A stretch of DNA of 64,000 bases. Source: Bacteroidota bacterium. GTDB lineage: Bacteria; Bacteroidota; Ignavibacteria; Kryptoniales; JAKASW01. This document shows positions 27,281-37,250 of the stretch, piece after piece; position 1 is the first letter of the stretch; each line of letters opens with the position of its first letter. Location of the stretch: NCBI GenBank assembly GCA_021789975.1, contig JAJYIT010000018.1:6290-70289 (forward strand), in the 5' to 3' direction. The translations under genes and the position numbers were made by a program. The notes under the pieces were generated by a model, which saw only the letters and a list, made by a program, of their open reading frames with translations, searched no databases and was not told the DNA's origin.

Positions 27281-30200
27281 GTGAGGCATTTCAAGAACCA
27301 CATAGGGCATGTTGCGCTTCCGACTATTCTTGCCTTAATGATTAGTACGGGAGCGTGGGCAATTTTCGAATTGGATATTGCCCGTCATTCGTTGCGTCCC
27401 GGCAAGGGATTAGCAGGGAACCCGGCAGAAGACGAGACCGCGGAGGGGATAAATTCACCTTTATTCATAGACGCCTCAGAGAGATCTTTTCTACCTCCCA
27501 GCACACCAATCCCCTTCTCAGGAGAACGGACCGACAATCAGGACACCGCCAAGAACACTTCGGTGCCGATTAAAATGGACACATCCGGCGCTGCCGGTAT
27601 GCTCCCCCAAGGTCCGGGCGGAACTGCCGTTGTAAGATCAGACAGCACCGCCAGGCCAGTTAAAGCTGAAGCGGTCAGAGACACTAACCCCGTTTCGAGT
27701 AAACCTCATACTGCCGGCTCAATTGCCGACACCTCCCATAGGGCAACCCCGGGGATAGAAACCGCTATGCCCCTGAACAAGGGACCGGCGCTAAATGGTA
27801 GGGACAGTCTTTCCACTTTCAATAAGTTTGACAGTACCGCCGCTCACGCTGACACAACCATGCTCGACACGCTCGGGCTCGATACATTAAAACTCTCCGC
27901 ATGGCTACAAAGTATGCGGCAGGATCATCTTCAGGCACCGATATTCACTCCCTACCATTATCCGATGTTCCTGTACTCCAACAGCGTGCAGCATACCGCG
28001 GCCATCGATTCAACCGGAAAATATATGTTGATCCGCGAGACTCTGCTCGGGAACAACATCCGTATGCCGCTTAGAGTACCACTCAACGAATATATTAAGC
28101 TGTCGGAGGAACACTACGTCAGGTCCACCTGGGGAGACCTTGCGCACGAATACTCCTTGGGAACCAAGGCAAATGAGCTCGGAAATTTCATGCAGGGCGT
28201 CACAAACATCAGCATACCTATCCCCTCCAACCCGGTGCTCAGCATTTTCGGACCCCCCCGAATAAACCTTAAGATTTCCGGCTCAGTCGATATCCACGGA
28301 GCATGGCAGAACCAGAAGATCAACGCCCAGTCACTCTCACAGCTTGGCAACGTCACCAACCAACCGAACTTCAACCAGGATGTTCAGATAAACGTGAACG
28401 GCACCGTGGGAGACAAGCTCGGCATCGGTGCGAACTGGGATACTCAGAACCAGTTCGATTACGAAAACCAGCTGCACATAAAATACACCGGTTATAATGA
28501 CGAGATAGTGAAGAGTGTGGAAGCAGGCAACGTCTCGATGTCGACTCCAAACTCGTTTATCGGAGGAAGCCAGGCACTTTTCGGAATAAAATCGCAAATG
28601 CAATTCGGGCCGGTAACTCTGACAGCGCTTGCAAGTCAACAAAAGGCTCAAGGAAAAACACTCTCTATAAGCGGTGGATCGCAAAGCCAGCCGATTTCTC
28701 TGCACGCCTATAACTATTCGACAAATCACTTTGTCGTAGACACAAGCTATCTTTCCGAATACATTCTGTTCCTGCAGTCGATGGGGAGGAACATAACTTA
28801 CCCGAATCTTACTATTACGAACATCGAGGTCTATGTCTCCCAGCCCCAGACAATGTCGAACTCAAATCTGCGCAAGGGTATCGCGGTTATGAATCTTTAC
28901 TCTTACGGGCAGGATTCCTCCACCCAGTATAGATCGCTTGAGAACGGAGTAACCAACAATACAGTAACCACAATCCCCGGTCAGGCAGAGACAGGCTACT
29001 TCCAGAAGCTGGACCAGGGGCAGTATGCGATCGATCTCCAGAACGGCGTTCTCACCCTGAACACGAGTCTCAGCCCGGACCAGATCGTCGCCGTTGCATA
29101 CAGTACCCAGGGAGACAGCACATACGGGACTTTTTCATATTTGAACCCGAGCACATCGGTACCGCTGGTACTGAAGCTCGTGAGGCCAGCCAACTTAATA
29201 CCGTCTGAGACCGAGGCGTGGAATATGATGCTGAAGAACTTTTACGCCACAGGCGGCATCAGCCTCGATTCAAGCTCACTGAAGAATGTGCAGCTGACTT
29301 ATCAGATGCCGGGTCAATCGCCGCAGAACAGCATCGAAGGAATAAACCTCAACGAGATAATGGGGATATCAAGGTTCGGGCCTGGCGGCAGCGGCGTGCC
29401 AACGGGAGATATGAACTGGATGCCCGGAGTGGACGTGAACCCGCTCAGCGGCGAGATCATATTTCCCTTCCTGCACCCGTTTGTGGATGCATTCTATCCA
29501 AACGCTATCAGCGGCGCTCTAGGCCAGACCATCTCAACCCCCGATTCATTTGCGTATCACAGCGTCTATGATACCACCTATGAAGCGGCACAGAATGATG
29601 CTTCAAAAGATAGGTTCATTATAACCGGACAATACAGCAGCAGCGTGAGCTCTAGCTATCAACTTGGGTTCAACCTCGTTCAGGGAAGCGTCAAGGTAAT
29701 TCTAAACGGACAGCCGCTCCAATCCGACCAATATTCAGTCGATTATCTGACCGGTGAAGTCACCATCAATGATCCGGCCGCCCTCACTCCAAGTGCCCAG
29801 CTCCAGATACAGTATCAAACGAACGACATATTTCAAATTGCCTCGAAGTCTCTCGTCGGCGCGAGGGCAGATTACAAGATAAACGACCAGACAGGGATCG
29901 GCCTGACGATGATGAGTTATTCCCAGAACTCCCCGAACAACCACGTGCGTTTGGGCGAAGAGCCGTTTAGCAACACGATTCTCGGTATCGACGGAGGAAC
30001 ATCTCTAAATCTTCCGTTCTTGACCAAGGCAATTGACGCCCTTCCACTTTTGAGCACGAGTGCACCATCGATCCTGACCGTTCATGGTGAAGCAGCATAC
30101 GTATTGCCAAATCCGAACACCCAAACCAGTCCAATACCCGACGACAATAACCAGGGGATCGCCTTCATCGACGATTTTGAGGGCGCAAAGAGATCCATCC

Positions 30201-33200
30201 CGCTTCCGATAACTTTCAGCAATTGGACCATGGCAAGTCCTCCCGCAGTCTCCATTTTAGATTCGTTACAGCGCTCGGTTCTGGATACCGCCAGTTTCCC
30301 TGATGAAGTAAGAAACAATTTCAGAGGATGGGCATACTGGTTTAACATCACACCGAGCGGAGTTGCCCCCCAGGAGATTTGGCCGAACCAGCCGCAACAG
30401 TCCGACCAACAGGATCAACAAATCATGAACATCGGTTTCCTGCCGACAGTACGCGGGCAATTCAATCGAACCCATAACCCCAGGACGACCCTGGGGGAAA
30501 ATCCGCAGGAAAACTGGGGAGGGATGATGACGCTGCTCTCCTCCAGCTCCACCGATCTTGCCACCCAGAACATAAGCTATATTGAAATCTGGATGCAGAT
30601 CGATTCCGGCTATGGAGGAAAGATGCACATCGACCTCGGCCAGGTGAGTGAAGATGTCATAGGCGATAGGCAGTTGCACACAGAGGACCCGTTGGGAAAC
30701 GGCACGCTTATCAGCGATTCACTCGACTACGGTATCGACGGACACAACGACGCATGGGAGCAGAAATATCTCAACTGGATTGTTAACGACGCCGACAGAC
30801 CGTGGTGCCCCGACAATACCACCTATGATCCGGATGGAGACGATTACGAGTTCTCAACCGCTAACGCGGCTGACAGTTCATACCTCAGGATCAACGGAAC
30901 CGAAGGGAATGCTCAGTCTCCGTATGGGAAACTCCCTGACACGGAAGACCTGCTCCACACGGGAACTCTGCAGACGACAAACAGCTACTATGAGTATGAA
31001 GTCAAACTCGACACTACCAACAATCCCTTTATCGCCGGTGGCGGGAGTAAAGGTTGGTACCAGTATCTGATCCCGCTTCAGGACTATCAGCGCACAGTTG
31101 GCAGTCCAAGCTTATCGAATGTTCAATTCATAAGAGTGTGGTTTGATGGGATGACTGGACCGATGATGTTGAGGGTGGCCCAAATAAATCTTGTCGGAAA
31201 TTACTGGAGACCGCCAAACCCACTCGACAGCACGATGCAGGTTTCGACTGTCAGCGTTTTCGATACTCCCGGTTACAATCCGCCGGTCGCGGCCCTTGCA
31301 CCCATTGACAATTCAAATCCTAACGGACCTGTGAGGCTTAATGAACATTCTCTTGATCTCATTTTGAACGGACTCCGCGACGGTAGTTCTCGATACGTTT
31401 ACAAGACCGTTCCACAAGGTTTGAACCTTTTCAATTATAGAGAGATGAAAGTCTACGTCCATGGAGATCCGAGATTCAATTATGTAGACTCAGCCAATTA
31501 TGATGCGGCATTCTTCATCAGGTTCGGCAGCGACTCCATGAACTATTATCAGTATGAGCAGCCCATCAAGTCAGGCTGGCAGGATATGCCTATTGTGTTC
31601 GCGAATCTCACGGCGATTAAACAAGCCCGTGACTCCTCTAATGCTTACGTAGCGCCTGTCCAGGCACACAACGGCATCCCCGGTGCCACATACTGGATCT
31701 TGGGCAACCCGTCGCTGCAAAGCGTCTCGTATTTTCAAATGGGTATTGTAAATCCCAAGAATGTTGGAACTCCTTTACCGCTCTACGGCAGCGTATGGGT
31801 CGATGCTCTGCGCGTAACCAACGCCAACAATACTCCTGGCTGGGCATATCAGTTCAACAGTACACTCCAACTGGCAGATGTCGGATCAATCGCATTCAAT
31901 TATTCGACGGTAAATCCTTATTTCCACGGGCTTACGACACAGTTCGGAAACTTAAATACTACAAGAAACTGGGGAATTAATGCTTCATTCTCCTTCGACA
32001 AGTTGTTTCCCCGTGAATGGACAGGTACCAGTATCCCGTTCACTTACAGTCACACCGAGAGTTTCTCAAACCCGCTCTACCTGCCGAACAGCGACATACT
32101 TGTTTCCGAAGCCGTCTCGAAACGCAGAGCTTACCTAATACAAAAAGGGATGCCGGCGGACTCCGCCGCGACGCAGGCAGACAGTCTGCTGGTAAGCTCC
32201 CAGGTTCTGACGGTTACAGACCAGTGGGCGATACCGACGATGAGAATCGTGTTCCCGACAAACAAGTGGTACATACGCGACATACTCGACAACATTACCA
32301 TGGGATTCAACTGGTCAGGGTCGAAGTCGAGGAATCCCCAGATAAAGACCGCTTCTCAATGGGCATGGAACTATAACGCTGCTTACTCGGTGCAGTTCGA
32401 CCCGATGGCATTTTATACTCCGTTCCCGTCGAAGCAAAAGGGTCCGTTTACCACGAACGACGCTTTTCAGATAAGGTATCTCCCGAACTCCATGAGCTTC
32501 TCCATGGCCGCATCGAGGAGCCTGTCTGTGCAGGATTTATGGACGCAGACAAGGCCGGTGGTAACTCCAAATTTCACGACACAACGCTCAGGCTCAATTA
32601 ACTGGAAATTAACAAACAACGGTATTTTGAATCCGACCGTGGACTACCGATTTAGCGTCAGTAGCACATTGTTATATCTCGATGCCGACACCGCAAAGGG
32701 GACATTCTTCCCACGCTCCGACTCATACGTGTTCAGGCAGATACTCCTGAACGGCGGACTGATCAACTTCGGGCAGGACTATAATTTCTCTGAGAATTTT
32801 TCTATAACGACACAGCCGCATCTTCCGTTTAACCTGGACCAGTTTGTCAATCTTCAATCAAGCTACAGCTCCGCCTACAGCTGGGTGAATTCGATTCAGC
32901 AAGGCTCATTGGGAAAAGCGGCGGGCTTCAACTCGTCGCTTCAACTCGGTGGGACTCTTCGATTGAAGGCGCTGACCGATCCGTGGTTTGCGTTGACGGC
33001 TGCAAATGCTCCGGCTCCAGTAGAGTCGCCTCGAAGCGTACCGACTGAACGGAGGCGAGGTCGCGCAGAATTTGAAACACCATCGGACACTTCTCAATCC
33101 TCGGGTGGCAGCAGCCCGATCGGCAAAGTACTCAATGTTCTGATCAAGGTTCCATTCCTTGATTTCGATAACATCTCACTCACATTCTCATCGGCGAACA

Positions 33201-34447
33201 GTGCTCAAAACGGAGGCCTGCCGACCATGCGTCCCGGCATGGGTAATTTCTTCAGGATCCCGTTCATACAAGAAAGCAACCCGGAATTGGGACCGTCTCA
33301 GTTGTACCAGCTCGGCCTGATCTCGGATCCCTACGCGGTCCCGACGTTTTACAGGAAAAGTGGCTTCCCGTTCTTCGGCTTTTCAGTTATGCCGGGTCGC
33401 CGAGCAGCAAACGCCAGTATAACAGACAACTTCACAAACGGGAACACTCTCGATCTGAAAACATCGCGCAACTTGTGGTCGGGCGCCGTGATAAACCTGT
33501 CATGGCATGTCAACTGGTCCTACAACCGAAACACGACGTTTCAGACCGATGCGAACGGAAATGTTAAGCCGTCAACCCAGACTGAGACTATCTCGGGACA
33601 GTATACACGAAGCTTCTTCACGCTGCCGCCGGTTCTTATATTTTCTATGTTCAAGAGCGGCATCAACCAGGTGTCAGCTGACTACCAGCAGCTCTATGCG
33701 CAGAATCCCAACAACTCTGCCCAGGATCTATCCAAGGCGTTCGTCCAGGGATTTGAGACCGTCCCTGTTCTCGATAAGATATTCGGGCCTCTCACCCCCC
33801 GGTTGAACTATTCATTCCACTGGGATGGATTGGAGCAGTTGCCTCTCTTCAAGAGTTTCGCTTCTCATGTAAGTATCGACAACGCTTACCAGTCAACATA
33901 TACCGAGTCATGGCATCAAACCGGGAACACGCCGCTTGTAACGGACGCGCAATCGATTGCTTACGGATTTCAGCCACTTATGGGATTGAACATAACCTTT
34001 AAGAACCTCGGAAATGCTACATTGTCGGCATCCGTTCTCTACAACACCAGCACACAGTACAACCTTACACCCACGAACGGGACAATCTCCCAAGCTTATA
34101 CCGGCCAACTTTCGATAACCGCCGACTATGCCAAGCAGGGTTTTTCACTCCCGCTTTTCGGTCTCAACCTTCAGAACGACATCGATATAAGTGCGAGTTA
34201 CTCAAACTCTCAGACAAGCCAGATATCATACCTAATTACCGGCACAACCGGTACTACACCCAATCCTCTTTCCGGAACCTCACAGACCAGCATCGAGGTA
34301 CGTTTCAAATACGTTTTGAGTCAAAGAGTGACCGCAGCTATTTATTACCGCAATACGAAAGTTGTACCCACCGCTCCCGGCTCTCTCATCCCCGGAACGA
34401 CCACGAACGAAGCCGGAGTCGACGTTCACGTGTCCATCGCAGGATAA
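27281..34447 (+). CDS. sprA: SprA, type IX secretion system translocon / cell-surface gliding protein
   Basis: 2388-aa ORF of the SprA size class, with conserved SprA-like blocks (NVNGTVGDKLGIGANWDTQNQFDYENQLHIKYTGYNDEIVKSVEAGNVSM...ALFGIKSQMQFGPVTLTALASQQ). GTG start. The N-terminal ~200 aa are low-complexity. Confidence 0.85.
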   Translation: MRHFKNHIGHVALPTILALMISTGAWAIFELDIARHSLRPGKGLAGNPAEDETAEGINSPLFIDASERSFLPPSTPIPFSGERTDNQDTAKNTSVPIKMDTSGAAGMLPQGPGGTAVVRSDSTARPVKAEAVRDTNPVSSKPHTAGSIADTSHRATPGIETAMPLNKGPALNGRDSLSTFNKFDSTAAHADTTMLDTLGLDTLKLSAWLQSMRQDHLQAPIFTPYHYPMFLYSNSVQHTAAIDSTGKYMLIRETLLGNNIRMPLRVPLNEYIKLSEEHYVRSTWGDLAHEYSLGTKANELGNFMQGVTNISIPIPSNPVLSIFGPPRINLKISGSVDIHGAWQNQKINAQSLSQLGNVTNQPNFNQDVQINVNGTVGDKLGIGANWDTQNQFDYENQLHIKYTGYNDEIVKSVEAGNVSMSTPNSFIGGSQALFGIKSQMQFGPVTLTALASQQKAQGKTLSISGGSQSQPISLHAYNYSTNHFVVDTSYLSEYILFLQSMGRNITYPNLTITNIEVYVSQPQTMSNSNLRKGIAVMNLYSYGQDSSTQYRSLENGVTNNTVTTIPGQAETGYFQKLDQGQYAIDLQNGVLTLNTSLSPDQIVAVAYSTQGDSTYGTFSYLNPSTSVPLVLKLVRPANLIPSETEAWNMMLKNFYATGGISLDSSSLKNVQLTYQMPGQSPQNSIEGINLNEIMGISRFGPGGSGVPTGDMNWMPGVDVNPLSGEIIFPFLHPFVDAFYPNAISGALGQTISTPDSFAYHSVYDTTYEAAQNDASKDRFIITGQYSSSVSSSYQLGFNLVQGSVKVILNGQPLQSDQYSVDYLTGEVTINDPAALTPSAQLQIQYQTNDIFQIASKSLVGARADYKINDQTGIGLTMMSYSQNSPNNHVRLGEEPFSNTILGIDGGTSLNLPFLTKAIDALPLLSTSAPSILTVHGEAAYVLPNPNTQTSPIPDDNNQGIAFIDDFEGAKRSIPLPITFSNWTMASPPAVSILDSLQRSVLDTASFPDEVRNNFRGWAYWFNITPSGVAPQEIWPNQPQQSDQQDQQIMNIGFLPTVRGQFNRTHNPRTTLGENPQENWGGMMTLLSSSSTDLATQNISYIEIWMQIDSGYGGKMHIDLGQVSEDVIGDRQLHTEDPLGNGTLISDSLDYGIDGHNDAWEQKYLNWIVNDADRPWCPDNTTYDPDGDDYEFSTANAADSSYLRINGTEGNAQSPYGKLPDTEDLLHTGTLQTTNSYYEYEVKLDTTNNPFIAGGGSKGWYQYLIPLQDYQRTVGSPSLSNVQFIRVWFDGMTGPMMLRVAQINLVGNYWRPPNPLDSTMQVSTVSVFDTPGYNPPVAALAPIDNSNPNGPVRLNEHSLDLILNGLRDGSSRYVYKTVPQGLNLFNYREMKVYVHGDPRFNYVDSANYDAAFFIRFGSDSMNYYQYEQPIKSGWQDMPIVFANLTAIKQARDSSNAYVAPVQAHNGIPGATYWILGNPSLQSVSYFQMGIVNPKNVGTPLPLYGSVWVDALRVTNANNTPGWAYQFNSTLQLADVGSIAFNYSTVNPYFHGLTTQFGNLNTTRNWGINASFSFDKLFPREWTGTSIPFTYSHTESFSNPLYLPNSDILVSEAVSKRRAYLIQKGMPADSAATQADSLLVSSQVLTVTDQWAIPTMRIVFPTNKWYIRDILDNITMGFNWSGSKSRNPQIKTASQWAWNYNAAYSVQFDPMAFYTPFPSKQKGPFTTNDAFQIRYLPNSMSFSMAASRSLSVQDLWTQTRPVVTPNFTTQRSGSINWKLTNNGILNPTVDYRFSVSSTLLYLDADTAKGTFFPRSDSYVFRQILLNGGLINFGQDYNFSENFSITTQPHLPFNLDQFVNLQSSYSSAYSWVNSIQQGSLGKAAGFNSSLQLGGTLRLKALTDPWFALTAANAPAPVESPRSVPTERRRGRAEFETPSDTSQSSGGSSPIGKVLNVLIKVPFLDFDNISLTFSSANSAQNGGLPTMRPGMGNFFRIPFIQESNPELGPSQLYQLGLISDPYAVPTFYRKSGFPFFGFSVMPGRRAANASITDNFTNGNTLDLKTSRNLWSGAVINLSWHVNWSYNRNTTFQTDANGNVKPSTQTETISGQYTRSFFTLPPVLIFSMFKSGINQVSADYQQLYAQNPNNSAQDLSKAFVQGFETVPVLDKIFGPLTPRLNYSFHWDGLEQLPLFKSFASHVSIDNAYQSTYTESWHQTGNTPLVTDAQSIAYGFQPLMGLNITFKNLGNATLSASVLYNTSTQYNLTPTNGTISQAYTGQLSITADYAKQGFSLPLFGLNLQNDIDISASYSNSQTSQISYLITGTTGTTPNPLSGTSQTSIEVRFKYVLSQRVTAAIYYRNTKVVPTAPGSLIPGTTTNEAGVDVHVSIAG

Positions 34448-34451
34448 ATGG

Positions 34452-34955
34452 ATGCCAGATAAAAATACGAACGGAACGGACGGCCAGAACCACGATGCGA
34501 ACGGCCACAGGCAGTTCATGTCGGCCGCACTCAGGGAGGCGGAAACCTCATTGAGGCAAAAAGAAGTTCCTGTTGGCGCCGTGGTTGTCAAAGACGGCAG
34601 GATAATAGCCAGGGCACACAACCAGGTGGAGATGCTCCAGGATCCCACGGCACACGCCGAGATTATTGCAATCGGCGCAGCCGCTAACCACATCGGGAGC
34701 TGGAGGCTGAAGGGCTGTACTCTTTACGTCACGCTGGAGCCTTGCCCAATGTGCGCCGGGGCTATAGTGCTTTCAAGGCTAGACCGTCTCGTTTTCGGAG
34801 CTTATGACCCGAAAATGGGCGCCTGTTCGACGCTATATAACATCGTACAGGATGGTCGATTGAACCACCGTGTAGAAATTATCGCAGGTATCATGGATGA
34901 CCAGTCACGATTTCTATTGCAGGAATTCTTCGCAACCAGGAGAACCGAGAAGTAA
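34452..34955 (+). CDS. tadA: tRNA adenosine(34) deaminase
   Basis: HAEIIAI and TLEPCPMCAGA zinc-binding motifs. The ATG lies 4 nt after the sprA stop. Confidence 0.9.
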   Translation: MPDKNTNGTDGQNHDANGHRQFMSAALREAETSLRQKEVPVGAVVVKDGRIIARAHNQVEMLQDPTAHAEIIAIGAAANHIGSWRLKGCTLYVTLEPCPMCAGAIVLSRLDRLVFGAYDPKMGACSTLYNIVQDGRLNHRVEIIAGIMDDQSRFLLQEFFATRRTEK

Positions 34956-34997
34956 GAAATAGTGCCAATAGCATCCGAGGCGAGAATAGGAGGTAGT

Positions 34998-35798
34998 ATG
35001 TATCTAGAGTCCGACTCCGGCCGGATTTCTTACAAGACTTTCGGCCACAAATCCGGAAAAGGTATCGTCTTCGTACACGGCTTCCCATTTGACAAATCGA
35101 TGTGGGACGCGCAGGGCGAGATGCTTTCGCGGGACCACTATGTCGTGACGTTCGATCTCCGAGGCCACGGCGAAAGTGATGCCGGCAGCGGCCAATATTT
35201 GGTCGAGTTCATCGTCGATGATCTCACGGCCATCATGGATCATCTGGGTCTGCAGAAAGTCACTGTCTGCGGGCTTTCCATCGGCGGGTACACTGCGCTA
35301 CGTGCTCTCGATCGGGAGCCGTCCAGGTTTTCCGGCTTGATTCTTTGCAACACCAAAAGCGCTCCCGATACAAACACGGCTAAACTGAATCGAGCTAACC
35401 AGATTAAGTTGATTCTCGCCGGGAAGAAGTCGCTGTTTGCAGAAGAGATGGCAAGGAACCTGTTTGCTCCGGAGAGTCTTGGAAAGAACAGGACGATAGT
35501 CGATAAGATCACGGCGATAATGAAATCGACCGACGACAAGGCACTTATCGGAACTCTGATCGCCTTAGCCGCTAGAATGGACATGACTGAAAGCCTCTCC
35601 AAGATCTCCGTGCCGACGTTGATTATTACCGGTGACAAAGATAAGGTTGCCACAATCGCAGATGCTGAGGCGATGAACTCGAGAATACCGAATTCCAAAT
35701 TTGTCCTTGTCCACGGCGCCGGACATCTTTCCAACCTCGAGAACCCGGATGAGTTCAATTCGGCAGTGGTGAGTTTCTTGAAGGAGCACAACCTCTAA
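34998..35798 (+). CDS. alpha/beta-fold hydrolase (3-oxoadipate enol-lactonase-like)
   Basis: VFVHGFPFD, nucleophile elbow GLSIGG, GDKD, and HLSNLENPDEF. AGGAGG RBS precedes ATG 34998. Confidence 0.8.
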   Translation: MYLESDSGRISYKTFGHKSGKGIVFVHGFPFDKSMWDAQGEMLSRDHYVVTFDLRGHGESDAGSGQYLVEFIVDDLTAIMDHLGLQKVTVCGLSIGGYTALRALDREPSRFSGLILCNTKSAPDTNTAKLNRANQIKLILAGKKSLFAEEMARNLFAPESLGKNRTIVDKITAIMKSTDDKALIGTLIALAARMDMTESLSKISVPTLIITGDKDKVATIADAEAMNSRIPNSKFVLVHGAGHLSNLENPDEFNSAVVSFLKEHNL

Positions 35799-35818
35799 GA
35801 AGGGAAAGATGGAACTAT

Positions 35819-35876
35819 GGAAAATTGGAATTACTGCAGCCTGCCCGCGGTCCTATATCCACCATTCCAATCTTCC
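35819..35876. repeat. imperfect inverted repeat between convergent genes (possible bidirectional terminator)
   Basis: GGAAAATTGGAAT (35819..35831) / ATTCCAATCTTCC (35864..35876), matching 12 of 13 positions, with a 32-nt loop. The arms are built from TTCCAA-like short units. Confidence 0.4.
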
Positions 35877-35892
35877 AACATTCCCCCTGCCG

Positions 35893-37020
35893 CTAGTAGG
35901 GATTCTTGATAAACAGGTAGAAAAAACCCGTCACCACTGCGTACTGCACCAACCGTGACAATTGGTAATTCCACGACTTTAGCTCAGACCACAAATATGC
36001 CAGCACGAACATCACAACGGTAAGCCCGACAAACACAAGAAAGCATTGTAGATAATTGAACTGAGATCCAATAAAATGAACTAGAGACGGATTTTTGGCA
36101 CTGGAGCCGTAGACCAGCAGAATGTGCGCGACATAGACCAGAAAAGATTCTCGTCCGAGAATCTTCACCGATGACCATCCGAACTTCCGCTTCCCCTCGT
36201 ACCATATTATCGCCTGCAATATCCAGATGAGAAAACCCAATCTCAAAAGAAACCATCCCGGCGCATAATTCCACACGTTGGTCTGCGCGAAAAAACTTTT
36301 CTGAAGCTGAAACAATATATAACCAACGACAACTAATCCGGTACCGATGCGCAGAAGGTTATCCGCAAAATTACTTTCCTTTTCGAAGGTAACTTTCTGA
36401 GACGAGATAGCACCAGCTATCAGGAAGCTTGACCATGGAAAGAGGGGGAATAAGGATCCGTGGACGCGATTGAAGTATTGACCCAGAAATTGTGGGAACA
36501 CCGATCCCGCATCGAAATAACCCGACAATGGTGCCGCGAAAATGAAGAACCAGAATATTCCCCACAAAACCAGATTAAATGTCCTGTCATTCTTTACTGC
36601 AATACGCAGTAGATGCATTAGTATCAGAGTAAACGCGATACATTGAAGTATGTCCACCGCAAAGAAGGCGGTAATATCCTCCGCAGTCGAGCCATGAACG
36701 GTCTTCGCGAGTGAAAAGTAAGGGATATGGAGGACGTACCCGGTCGCCAGAATGAAGAGGAGGCGCTTCAAATGCTTCCACAATTCCGGAGAAAACCTGC
36801 GGTAAGCGTCGCCTTTCCTGTTTACGGCAAGGGTAAACGAAAAGCCCGCAACAAATAGAAAAGACGGTGCTACCAGGCCGTTCACGAAATCTATGGCCCC
36901 GAAAAGCCGGGTTCCTCTAAGAGTTTGGGACAGTAGGGCGTTCAGAACGTGGGTCTCTATCATGAAGACAGTCGCAAGCCCCCTTAACTGGTCGACGTAT
37001 CCTATCCGTTTAGCCGCCAT
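35893..37020 (-). CDS. DUF1624 / heparan-alpha-glucosaminide N-acetyltransferase-like membrane acyltransferase
   Basis: RIGYVDQLRGLATVFMIETH N-terminal motif and about 10 TM helices. Confidence 0.7.
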   Translation of the reverse strand: MAAKRIGYVDQLRGLATVFMIETHVLNALLSQTLRGTRLFGAIDFVNGLVAPSFLFVAGFSFTLAVNRKGDAYRRFSPELWKHLKRLLFILATGYVLHIPYFSLAKTVHGSTAEDITAFFAVDILQCIAFTLILMHLLRIAVKNDRTFNLVLWGIFWFFIFAAPLSGYFDAGSVFPQFLGQYFNRVHGSLFPLFPWSSFLIAGAISSQKVTFEKESNFADNLLRIGTGLVVVGYILFQLQKSFFAQTNVWNYAPGWFLLRLGFLIWILQAIIWYEGKRKFGWSSVKILGRESFLVYVAHILLVYGSSAKNPSLVHFIGSQFNYLQCFLVFVGLTVVMFVLAYLWSELKSWNYQLSRLVQYAVVTGFFYLFIKNPY

Positions 37021-37067
37021 TTTCTTCTACCGAAAGAATTCCGGCGGCAAAGAAGGAACTAAGATTC

Positions 37068-37198
37068 CAATCTCTAAATCCAAAACTCTAGACAAATCGA
37101 AAATCCAAGAATCTAGATAGATGTGGCAATTATAGAAAAATCGGCTCTGAGTGTTTTTGACATTTGAGTTTTGAGTATTGGGATTTGTTTAGAGATTG
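37068..37198. repeat. long imperfect inverted-repeat element with low-complexity arms
   Basis: CAATCTCTAAATCCAAAACTC (37068..37088) pairs with the reverse complement of GAGTTTTGAGTATTGGGATTTGTTTAGAGATTG (37166..37198). There is an 11-bp perfect block plus about 8 bp with a bulge. Confidence 0.4.
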
Positions 37199-37250
37199 CG
37201 CCGAAGTCGTCCATCCGGTGTAAATTCGGATTCATCGACTCTTGGGGTGT

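Noticed and set aside
27050-27310. 86-aa minus-strand ORF upstream of sprA, and the 7905..8099 ORF upstream of the pirin gene.
   Set aside because: Neither has an RBS or a recognisable motif, and both sit in probable promoter regions. They are treated as noncoding.
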